NCBI GenBank assembly: GCA_013239625.1
Contig: MU056144.1
Span: 368,099-432,098, forward strand
DNA from: Lama guanicoe
Lineage: Eukaryota
Direction of reading: 5' to 3'
Length of the DNA stretch: 64,000 nt
This document shows positions 24,881 through 36,011 of this stretch, piece after piece (position 1 is the stretch's first letter; each line of letters starts with the position of its first letter). The notes under the pieces are model-generated. The model saw only the letters and a program-made list of their open reading frames with translations, had not been told where the DNA came from and made no database searches. Position numbers and translations under genes: made by a program.

Positions 24881-26492
24881 TGTGTTTATGAATATATTTA
24901 GACTTGTGGCTTGGTTACTACCCTAGACGTCTAGTAGATAAGAATTAGTTCGACTTTGTAAAGTTTCTGTTCCTTAAACTCCCCTTTCAATTATTTTTAT
25001 TTCCAAAAGTATGCTTCCCTTTAAATGGGAAGGCCCTTTAAACAGTCTTCAACAATGTATAGCGAATGGCCCCACCCTTGAGATCTGGGTCTTCAAAATT
25101 ACAGCTAAACTGTTTGAGTTTATTTGCTTGTCTACAAAATCAATATTCTAGCAGGTCAAACCGCTGACTCTGACAGCCTGAAATCACTTTCTCTAGATGG
25201 GTTCCTTACATGTTTCATCCAACAGAGAAGTTTCAGGTCTTGAGATATTGCACTTGGGAAAAATAGTCAACACTTGAGTTATTCTTAGACCTTCATCTTT
25301 GTTAAACATTTTCCTAACAAGGGCTATTTGTATCAGGTCCCACACAGCTACTCCTCAAAATCTCATTTCCTGCTGAGCCCTATAAAGGAAAGATATGATA
25401 GGATTTATCAACATAAATAAGCAAACAGCCCCTAGAAATCCTAAAGATGGATCGTACTGATAACAACAGCAACGTACACACAATATCCTCTTGACTAATG
25501 AAAGGTTTGGAATATGCAACATCTCAGACCTCTCTGTGTGCCAGAATGCCTGCCCACTGAGAAGCTAACATTATGGTAAATAGTGTTCTCAACCCTCCAG
25601 AAAGCTCCACAGACTAAACAGACCCTCAACCTTCACCTTGCAAATCAGTCACACTGGTGCTCTGTTTCTGACTACCCGCCGGAGACTTGCTCATTGAAAG
25701 ACACACTGTTCACCATTAATCACTGATTATTTCACAGACTTGGCACCAAGAAGAGACTGAATATCACTGCACACACAAGCTGTTTAACTCCAACCCCCTA
25801 ACATGAATGTAAGAGGCAGCCAAAAAATCTGAATGACATTGAGTGGAAAATAAGATGTAATTTCTGGTACCTCATTATTACATGATGCAGAACAATTATT
25901 GGCATGGTAGTGACAGCTTGCCTTAGAGTTTCTCAGTCTGTGTAATACTGCAGCGGACAACCCCTCTCATTTTTAATCCACATGCTACAGAACCTCTTTC
26001 TGATCCTGTTTCCCAAATCTTACATGGTGTTTTTAGCTGCTCAGAACCCTAAAAGTTTAGATCCAACCAAGGCAGCATGTCCAAAATTGGTCCCAAATCA
26101 CTCTTTTTGCCCTCACATAATCAATTACATTTTCTATCCTTAAGACATGTATTTTTTAAATGACTTTAAAAAGGATTGAATACTAATTTTTAAATACTAA
26201 TGTTTAGCTTTTCTGGTTTTTCAATCTATAGGGTAATTTTGTAGCAGTGGAAATTTATCAAGGATAATTTATCCATAACACTTGATTTCATACTTCTCTT
26301 AGGAAATCAGAATTATATGATTTCTGTGTTGAAAGCAGCATAGTGAGTTCACATGGCTTTGCTTTTTTATTGTACTTTGCATCTCATATTAGATTTTAAA
26401 GTTTTTAAAGGAGGGAGGAGGCAGTGCCTACATCTTTTTATCATTTTCATTATCTCAATTAATTGCTCTGTGGTAAAAATGAAAGTATTTTA

Positions 26493-26666
26493 CTGTATAG
26501 CACAGGGAACTATATTCAATATCTTGTTGTAACATATGATAAAAAATATAAAAATGAATATATGTATATTCATGTATGACTGAAGCATTATGCTATACAC
26601 CGGAAGTTGACACAACATTGTAAACTGACTATACATCAATAAAAATATATACAGATACACAAAGGA
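26493..26666 (+). mobile_element. Short L1 3' UTR insertion with TSD
   Basis: Starts ctgtatagcacagggaactatattcaat; 18-bp TSD aaaaatgaaagtatttta (26475-26492) / aaaaattaaagtatttta (26667-26684). Confidence 0.95.
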
Positions 26667-26694
26667 AAAAATTAAAGTATTTTATACCATGACA

Positions 26695-26855
26695 GGATTC
26701 TCAAAACAACCCTGAAAAAATGGGTTATTAAATTAAAAAAGCACAAAGGAAAACTAATGACTTGGGAGGTTTATTGAATATCTCAGAGAGATCTCAGGAT
26801 GAGGAAGAAAATTAGAACACAAGCCCAAATTTTTCCGAGACCAGAGCCCAGACTA
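26695..26855 (-). mobile_element. MIR SINE
   Basis: attctcaaaacaaccctgaaaaaatgggttatta...ggaaaactaatgacttgggaggtt. Confidence 0.6.
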
Positions 26856-27802
26856 TTATCTGTTACTCCATGCTGTTCCCTTTGCTGGCTAGTACCCCCA
26901 GCAGCTGATGCCTTGTCTTAATGTTTGATGTTTGTTTGATCAAACACCTATAATGGGGAAATAAATACCTTAAACACTTGTCTGTTGAGATCATATTTAG
27001 GATGGATCCGCGGTCCTGAGGAGCTATGTGGTAACAAATATTATTCAAATGTAACCTCAGTGAGGGCTAGGAGTTAGGTATGTTTTAACCCCAACTTTAT
27101 CCCCATTACCTAGATCAATGCCTGAAAAAAAGAGCAAATTAGTAATGTACATTGACTACGTTGGTGTTTGGGTCCACTTGGCCAAATGACATTCCCACTT
27201 CAAAAATATGTTAAAAATCACTCCAAGATATAAAAAGCCATTAGAGAAAATTGGAACATTAATTTAGCTGATGGAACTGACTGTCAGGTATGACTTGATT
27301 CAGAATAATATGACTTAATGATGACTAAGGCTAAAATTCTGGACCATAAGGAGCCTCAGGCCTTCCAAGGAAAGGCTGTCTGACAAGTGTATCTTCTGTG
27401 TCTGATCAGTGCTACCGGAGGTGCAGATCAAAGAATTGGTGGAGATCTAGCCTCATTATCAGAATGGTAAATTATCCTTGAATTATATAGCTTCCATTAC
27501 TAAGTGACTAAAATGTGGGTTTCCCGAAGCAGCTTTTTTTTTTTTTAACAGGATGCTATGTGCAATAAATGAAAGCAATTTTTACACCTTTCTTCACTGG
27601 ATAACAGCAAAGTCAGAACTGGCATCCCCCAAGATGTCTTTTATTTTGTTACACTGTAATGTTGTGTCATGTTTCAACATTACAAAAAAACAAAAGGAAG
27701 ACAATGAACAATTGTAACAGCAATAGCTGAACTTTTTCAAGATGACATAAATCTGATTTAGAATTGGGATTTTATGAAGAGGATAAAATTATTCTATAAA
27801 GC

Positions 27803-28118
27803 TGTTGTGGTCTGAATGTGTGAGTCCCCGCCACCCCTCGCCCCAAGTTGATATGTTGAAATCCTAATGCCCAGCGGGATGGTATTAGCAGGTGGGGCCT
27901 TTGGGAGGTGCTATGTCATGTAGGTGGAGCTGTCACGAATGAGATTAGGGTCCTTAGAAAAGAGACCCCAGAGAGCTCCCTCGCCCCTTCCACCTTGAGA
28001 GGGAGGACACCGCAAGAAGTCAGAAGTCTGAAGCCCAGAAGAGAGCCGTCCTCTGGCCATGCTGCGCCCTATTCGCAGACTTCCAGCCTCCAGAACTATG
28101 AGAAATCAATGTCTTTGG
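27803..28118 (+). mobile_element. MLT1A/MLT1A0-like MaLR LTR (3' end missing)
   Basis: tgttgtggtctgaatgtgtg...atatgttgaaatcctaat...ggtggggcctttgggaggtg...gacttccagcctccagaactatgagaaat. Confidence 0.92.
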
Positions 28119-30152
28119 TGGCCACTGGATTAAGGCAAAAGCCCACTCTAGATCTCCAGAACTGGGGGTGAGCAAAAGGAGGGAACCTTGCATTCAGATC
28201 CTTGGGAAAATGCGGAAAAGTAAAGAGACTGGGAGCGGTGCTTCCAAGACCCAAGCGTTCATCTCCCTCTTTTACAAAAATGTCAAAAAAAGTCTTAACT
28301 TTCTGGTGGGAATGTCACCAAACTTATCATCTGTGTCAGAAGGAAACACAGCACACTCACACCCACAACAAAGAAGCATGAGGGCTGCACGATGTGCAGA
28401 GGCATCGGCGAAGAGGAGCCTGACGTCCCTGTCTGACCGCCCTGGGGCTCAGAGCGAACACGTCCGGGACACATATCGCTGCCCACGCCCTTGATTCTCC
28501 CCAGCTTGGTCTGGTCCCCGTCGCTGGAGGTTACAGCATTCTAAATAGCCTTAGGATGACCGTATCAACGATTGTGAAATATTTAACCCCTAAGAGCGTG
28601 GAAGGTGTAGCCCAGTTGGGAAAACCCTCCCTCTTAAACAGAGGTTTCCCGCAGAACGCACTTTATAATGTTTACAGTCTACCAAAGAACGATTCAAGAT
28701 GGAAACATGACGGCCACTGGGAAAGAAAACCCAACACGGCTTATCATCTTATCACATGGGAGTCACATGTCCCAAATTATCCATTCATTATCTCCCCTCC
28801 GGATCCTTTGAGGGGCTTAACAAGGTTGTATGTTTTCTGACAGCATCCAGTTCCTCACTGCCGTGGTCTTCCACTGCAAATTGCAAACAGATGTTTGTGG
28901 CTTTCAAGCCAGGTGCTAGCACATCCGCAGGTGTTGAAGCCTATTTATTTGTACACAGAAGATGCTTCAGCCTTGAATCACAATTAAGGTGTGCCCTCAC
29001 CTTCCTTTTATATTCACTTCTTCTGTCTTTCCTTTTTTCTCCTTTTGGAAGTCATTCTATAGAAACGATTTAAGCTGTGTGGTCATTATCTCTGGGTTGA
29101 AACGACAAACAAATTGCCAAAAGGAACCGCCATGTGGTTCCTGGGAAGTTCTCGTCTGATGGTATTTTTCTACCAAGTTTGCAAAGTCTTTATTGCCTAA
29201 GAGGCTTTGGGGATAAAATTTTGTTCCAGCCATTCAAACTTCGTTCCCAATGACAACATATTTCAGTCTCAAAAGTTGACAGTCTGGCCTTTTCCACCAG
29301 CACTAAAATTCCCTCAAAGAGAAATCACCAGTGATGTCTCACTCCTTTGGATCATGTGAAGAAATTAACGGATCAGTTTAAATGATGCTTATTTAAATAT
29401 ACTAATCATTAGGGCCATCCTAAGTATTTAATTCTCTAAAAATCTCTTCCCAGATAATTAGTTATCAGTAATTACAAATAAATATTTTACTCAAAAGTTG
29501 GCTTAAGAAATTCTTCTTCTGAAACATTAGCCTTGAAATTGGATCACCAAAGTTAAAAGTGCATAGTCTTTCTATAGGTGAGGCTACTGGGGTTTTTATC
29601 TTTTCATTCCACACCCCTGTCCTTTTGCCAAAACCACTCCCTCTCAGACAGGAAGGCATGAGAGAGAAAGTGAAGGAGAGAAAAACTGGGAGTGAGTAAA
29701 AAAGTCTGAAAATTTGTTGGCACCCTGCTGCTTCGGGGCAGGGTGTTTAGCCTAGAGGTAATGACCTCCGGTACTAAGGAAAATTCCCCAGTTCTGTCAA
29801 CTAGCAGATCATTACTTACTGCTTCTACTGTCTTCCAGAAAATGAGGCAAACAAATGAGACTTCTGTTTCACAGTTGTATTAAAAGCAAACGTGTTGTAT
29901 TTATGAAGCAGTTAGCGTACATGAAGGTTTTCTTCTTGACCTGGATAAAACAACTTTATTTCAAAAGTGGAACTATTAAGTACCTGTACTGCCGCTGTGT
30001 GAGCAGATGTGTGCGAATGTGCAGTCTACAGCAACAAAACAAAAGAAACAAAACATACCACTGAATCTTAAGAAGAATAATTAACCTTATTGTTTTTTGG
30101 GTTTTTTTTTGAGAAATGAAGGGAAAGCCAAGCATCAGAAATACTCTTCACT

Positions 30153-30295
30153 GGGGGAAGAGGGCACAGCTGAGTGGCAGAGAGCATCCCACTAGCACCC
30201 AGCATGAGGTCCTGGGTTCAATTCCCCAGTACCTCTGTTAAAAAGTAAATAAATAACGAATAAATAAACATAATTACATCCCCTCCAAAAAAACA
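30153..30295 (+). mobile_element. Camelid SINE (Vic-1-like), more diverged copy
   Basis: gaggtcctgggttcaattccccagtacctc...taaacataattacatcccctccaaaa. Confidence 0.9.
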
Positions 30296-30307
30296 ATTTT
30301 TTTTAAT

Positions 30308-31108
30308 GGGGGGAGGGTATAGCTCAGTGTTAGAGTGCATGTCTAACATGCACAAGGTCCTGGGTTCACTCCCCAGTACCTCCATTTAAAAAAAAAAAAA
30401 CCTACTCAAAAGACTAAAAATAGACTCACCATACGATTCAGCAGTCCCACTCCTGGGCATATATCCAGAGGGAAATCAAATTCAAAAAGATACATGCACC
30501 CCAATGTTCAAAGCAGCACTATTTACAATAGCCAAGTCATGGAAGAAACCTAAATGTTCATTGACAGATGACTGGATAAAGAAGTTGTGCTATATTTATA
30601 CAACAGAATACTATTAAGCCATAAAAAAGAATGAAATAATGCCATTTGCAGCAACGTGGATGGACCTGGAGATCGTCATTCTAAGTGAAGTAAGCCAGAA
30701 AGAGACAGAAAAATACCATGTGGTATCACCTATATGTGGAAGCTTAAAAAATTAAAAAAGAAGACACTCATGAACTCCTCTATAAAACAGAAGCAGACTC
30801 GGAGACATAGCAAACAATCTACGGTTACCAGGAGAAAGAGGGTGGGAAGGAATAAATCTGGGAGTTCAAGATTTGCAAATATTAACTACTATATATAAAA
30901 ATATATAAAAAACGGATTTGTTCTGTGTAGTACAGGGATGTACATTCAATATTTTGCAGTAACCTATGATGAAAAAGAATATGGAAATGAATATATGTAT
31001 ATATACGTATGACTGGGACATTATGCTGTACACAAGAAATTGACACATTATAACTGACTGTACTTCAGTTAAAAAAAAAAACCTTAATTACTATCCTCCC
31101 CCCAAAGA
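30308..31108 (+). mobile_element. Camelid SINE (Vic-1-like), split by an L1: body 30308-30403, tail 31081-31108
   Basis: ggggagggtatagctcagtgttagag...gggttcactccccagtacctcc; tail accttaattactatcctcccccc resumes after the L1. Confidence 0.88.
30404..31080 (+). mobile_element. 5'-truncated L1 (ORF2 end plus 3' UTR)
   Basis: Translates LKRLKIDSPYDSAVPLLGIYPE...DTCTPMFKAALFTIAKSWKKPKC...[21 protein letters not shown]; flanked by A(n)CCT on both sides. Confidence 0.97.
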
Positions 31109-31219
31109 AGGAATACTCTTTACATGCTAGTATCATGACATACAGTTTTGGAATGAAAATGAGAGACTTGCAATTCTTCCATACTTAAAACTCTCCTCAA
31201 TGATAAACCCATAAAGGGT

Positions 31220-31220
<1 letters not shown>

Positions 31221-31283
<63 letters not shown>
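31221..31283. repeat. (TATC)15 microsatellite
   Basis: 15 perfect units counted. Confidence 0.98.
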
Positions 31284-31572
31284 GTCTGGGGCTATAACTA
31301 ATGGTAGAAAATATTTACCTTCCTAAACGAAGTTTTAAACTTAGTGACACTCCTTGCCAAACGGATGAAGTCTAAAATGCCTATATTGATCTTCAGAGAG
31401 CTCGGTCTTCTCTGGTCTAATCTTAACCTCTCTAATTCTCCCACCGTGCCTCCCGTCCCAGGATGGCATTCTCCCTTCCCTCCTCTTAACACGGTCCTAT
31501 CAGCCTCTATTTCTCTTTAAACGAGATGCCCAGAAACAAACTCAAGTTTCCAGATAAAACCAACAGACACAA

Positions 31573-31800
31573 AATAATAACACCTAATGTTTATTGAAAG
31601 AACACCGCCTTTACTATGTGCCAGACACTACGCAATGCAATTTATAACTGATCTCACTGAATTCTCTTAGCAGCCCCAGAAAGAAAACTCTAGGGGAAAA
31701 GAGTAAGTGAAGAAAGCACTGAGTGAACTGCCCAAGAGCACGCAGCTCGTGTCGCAGCCTGGACTTAACACCCAGACGGTTTGACATCGAAGCCTTGGGA
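31573..31800 (-). mobile_element. MIR SINE
   Basis: taatgtttattga...ttactatgtgccagacact...gtgaactgcccaagagcacgcagctcgt. Confidence 0.8.
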
Positions 31801-32764
31801 AGGCAAAATCGCCACACTGTCCTGTTCAAAGCCTGATGAGTAAAAATAACTGAATCCCCTTTATGCATTCCTGCTAAATCATTCTCGCCCTTCTGTGGGC
31901 GTTCTTTTCCAATCCAGTGTAGGCCAGTGCGTTTAAACATTATTAAATACGGTATTTTGAAATTCCCCACAGTGTTTCAGGTGCTTGACTTGTGCTTTGG
32001 GGCATGGTCCTCCCATATAGCCTTTCCTTCATCCCTCCCGATTTCTTCATGCCATCCCTGAAAAAAAAAAAGTGGAAGGGGTACATTTATGTCTATGTAT
32101 CTTCTTTCTAAATCATTTTCTAAATTATAGAAACAGAAGGGCCCAAAGAGACAAATGTCACTTGACACTGACCTTCCAGGTGATGCTGTGTGTCAATGCT
32201 TTTTTGAATACTGCCCCGTCATTCACTAATTTATCTAACTGTTTTCAGCTCATCGCCACAAATATCACAAATGCATATCACTGACATTAAGCAATCTTTC
32301 TTTTCTCCCACGAACATGTGTTTTTCTGCTTCCTCTACCTTTCATTTTACCCCTGGCCCCAACTCTTAGTATTTTTGTAGAATGTGGTTATTTTTACCGA
32401 AGGTCACACATTTGGTAGGAAATAAATCAAATGTATCTTCTGGGGAATTCAATGTATAAAGAAGTATCATCCTTTCTTTAATTACTTTTTGTGACTTTAC
32501 TTTTTCATACTGTTTTATATAACAGATTTGATTATAGTCTTGACAACCATAATGCAACATATTCCCTTTAAAAATCTTGTTGAAAATCCTTGTTTTGGGA
32601 AAACGTGTCAGGAGCCCCACTCCCGTCCTTTCCCTTGGGTTCTTTGGGATTTTCATTTCCAGGGATTCTCGAAGTTTTTTCCTCTGCATCTTATGAGGTA
32701 TTACCAAAACATCCACCAAAGATAAACAACAACAAATAAAACAAACAATAAAAAAAAACAGTAG

Positions 32765-32930
32765 GTTTGCTTGTCAAGTGAGTTTGGGAAATTCTAAATT
32801 AAACAATCTAGTCTAAGCAAGCCTTTGGACTTCCTGACCTCCTATAAACCACAATATTCTAATGTCATTTTGAATCTCCAAGACTGTAATAGAATGTTCA
32901 GTGTCTTTAAATTCAAATAAGCCTGGAATT
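32765..32930. mobile_element. MER103C-like hAT-Charlie fragment
   Basis: gagtttgggaaattctaaattaaacaa...aatattctaatgtcattttgaatctccaag. Confidence 0.55.
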
Positions 32931-34244
32931 CCAAAAAGAGGAAAATGTTAAATGTACACGTGTGTTATGGAAATCATCACTATTAGTTACAAGAGAGAGA
33001 GACCTGGATCAATTTTCAGATACCTTGTAAAAAAAATGTCTAGGTTTCAATATTGATTCTCTTTTCCTTAGTACAGAAAAAAAACATAACTCTGAATTTA
33101 AAAAATGATATGTAATAAACATATAGACATACATCAATTATTTGATCCAAGGTTCGGCACTATCTCTACCTACCCGCCCCCTAGAAAATGTCAAATACTG
33201 AGGCCAAGAGGCAGAAAGAGATTGTTTAAAGATGCCTACTCACTGTATTCTGCTTATTAGAGAAAGATACATATTACATCAGCCAGCGATCACTGGTCAA
33301 TTAATTGTGCCTTGATAATCAAGGAGAGCGTAAGAGAAACGTCTACAGATCACAGTATTGAGGCTCCACAAGTCATATTCACATGGAAACGTCCTCTACA
33401 GTAATGAGTTGTAGTTCTGTCATAACCATGCTGAAAGGGGGCAGACAACCGGGAGAGCTCATCTCAGAAAAAAGTAAGGAAAAGGCAGTTTTCTTTGCAA
33501 AAGTCAGGGAGGTGACTTGTACTCCTTGATGTGTCTTTGAAGGGGGAATAATATGCACATAGCCCCTGCAATGGGCCTTGAGAGTGCGTGCATTTAATTA
33601 CTGTCAGAACCCCAGAAAGTTACAATGACTCTTCATAAAATATTCAAATATACACTTGTGAGGCCATCTCATTAACAGATCTTGACTCTGTCTTGGCAGA
33701 TAGGAAAGTTCCAACAGCTTAGACAGGTGACACGTGACACTGTTTTGGAGGAAACCCATTTGGCCATCTGCCTACCTGAACAGACACCGTGCTTTGCTTT
33801 TCTGTAACCTCATTCACAAGGAGCAGAAAACTGCTTTTTTTTTTTTTTTTTTGCACTCATCTGTGAGCCTGGAAGCCGACACTGAGCTCTGGGCTACATT
33901 ACCTAGACTAATTCAGTTTCTACTGTACTGAAAATAAAAATTATTGCATTATTTTCCAAGAGGAACTAAGAGGCCATAAGTGTACTGAGCTAATAATCAG
34001 TGCTTTGGGAAGGCTTAATCTATTTTTACTGGAAAATGAACATTAAAATGTTCACAAGGATATCAGTGAGTAATACAGCAGAAACCAGTCTTCCTTTCTT
34101 TTCACCCATGATGAAGTATGCAAGTTTAAACCACATATAAGTGCGCAGGAAATAGATCAATGGGCAAATCCCCACAGGGAATTAAGGATGGAAGACTGTT
34201 AGTCTAGTGCTGGAAGTAACCACAGAGAAAAAGAAAGAGGGAAA

Positions 34245-34422
34245 CTTGTTATTTACTGACTTAGGGGCACTCAAGTAAATTATCTCATTTAATCCCAACA
34301 GCCCCCCTTTGGCATCAACATTACCACCACACTTCCTACATATGGTTTAGTAAATTGTTAAGGTCACAGAGCCAGGAACTGGGGAACCAGGATTCAAATA
34401 CAAGTATTTCTGAACTCCAACC
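34245..34422 (-). mobile_element. MIR SINE
   Basis: attatctcatttaatcccaacag...aaggtcacagagccagga...ccaggattcaaatacaag. Confidence 0.8.
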
Positions 34423-34589
34423 TGACTTCTTTCCTTTGAGAATTTGGAAAGAGTTTTCCATGTAATGCACTGGTGAGAAGTTGGTTTCTTCCTAGTAAAA
34501 ATCAGGGAACTCTTAAACCTCTCCCTGAGGCAAAAGTTCAGAGGCAATGATACCTTCAAGCAAGGATTCACAGGCAGCCTTCCCAGGTC

Positions 34590-35030
34590 TGTTGCTGGAG
34601 AATAGGTTCTTGCCTCACACAGGAAAGAACTCAAGAGCAAGTCATAGTAAAGTGAAAGCAAGTTTATTTAAAGAGATGCACACTCCACAGACCACGTGCG
34701 GGCCGTCTCAGAAGGCGAGAGAGCAACCACAAGGTGTGAAGTTGCTAGTATTTATGTGCTTGGTAATTTCACATGCTAATAAGTAGGAGGATTATTCCAA
34801 CTACTTTGGGGAAGGGTAGAGATTTCCAGGAATTGGGTGCCCCCCCGCCCACTTTTTAACCTTTCACTGTCAGGCTGGGAACTGTCATGGCGCCTGCAGG
34901 TGCGCCCTGAGGCTCAAGGTCAACTGGAAGTCGAATCTTCTGCAGCCTTGGTTCTAACCAGTTTGTCCTGCCCTCAGTTGCTGTGTCATTCCTTCAGTGG
35001 TTGCGCCCTGCCCGCTTCCCTCCTGTCTCA
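34590..35030 (-). mobile_element. MER41-like ERV1 solo LTR
   Basis: TG...CA termini; ggttcttgcctcacacaggaaagaactcaagagcaagtcatagtaaagtgaaagcaagtttatt and ggaggattattc...gggaactgtcatggcgc match recalled MER41-family consensus; AATAAA on the minus strand. Confidence 0.8.
34805..34832. promoter_or_regulatory. Tandem GAS (STAT) motif pair inside the LTR: one intact, one degenerate
   Basis: TTCCAGGAA at 34824-34832; TTTGGGGAA at 34805-34813. Confidence 0.5.
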
Positions 35031-35936
35031 GTAAGAAGGGGATTTGTAACCTTCAGAATTTAGACTAGAACACAGAAACAAATATTGCTAGGGCTACAGA
35101 AACCTAGTTGATAAAGAATTATTATTTTATATCAGAATGTTGAGCAAGGAAAGTGACTGATAATCTAATGCAATGTATTACTTCCAAGGTAAGGAAACTG
35201 TTCATTTGAATTAATCAAAAGGTGGACTAATGGAAGGAAATTAGGAGAATAACAGAAACAGAATGATGAGTGGACAAGAATCTAGCCAGGGATAACGTCT
35301 CACCCAGGTCTGACCAAAAGTCTTATTACTACTCGAATGAGGAACTTTTAATAGTAGATTATTGATATTGTTCAATAGTAAGGTTTCAGTCTTTCACCAA
35401 CCCTTTTGTCATCTTTACTGAACCTTTAGAAAGCCCAAGTGGAAAAAAACCATTTGGGTCCTCTTGGCATGGATGGATCTACCCAATCACTTCTGCAGTC
35501 AAGATGCTGGTGCCTGACTCATGTGTCAGACAATGTGCTAGCCTAGGTCAAAATCTTGGTGCTATTTAAAGTACACACACTTCTCAAAATTACATATTCA
35601 GAATGAATTTTACTTTTCTATACTATCAAACTTGAGAAACACTTCGGTATATTAAAATGTTCCAAATTAAAATCCACACCAAACTTAGTCAAGCTGAGTG
35701 TTCACTAAACAGCATTAATATTACTACTTAAAACAGTGAAAGTAACAATTTAGTGGGTTTTATGATATATCCTTGATAAGAATTAAACTAATCAGGAAAG
35801 GAAATATAACTGGGAAGTTTAGTACGAAAATAAACTAAACCAAATTATCTCAAAGTATAATCCTACTTTAAAAATTTCTTTTTACCGAAAGCAATGGAAA
35901 TAGTCAATTCTTACACTGTGGTTTAATAATTAAAGC

Positions 35937-36011
35937 TATATATATATTTTATTTTATATAAATATTTATATATATTTATATATATTATATTTTATATAAA
36001 TATATATATTT
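35937..36011. repeat. (TA)-rich low-complexity tract
   Basis: About 75 bp of only A/T. Confidence 0.9.

Noticed and set aside
28200-28560. CpG-richer patch as a possible promoter island
   Set aside because: Too short and sparse for a CpG island, with no downstream exon.
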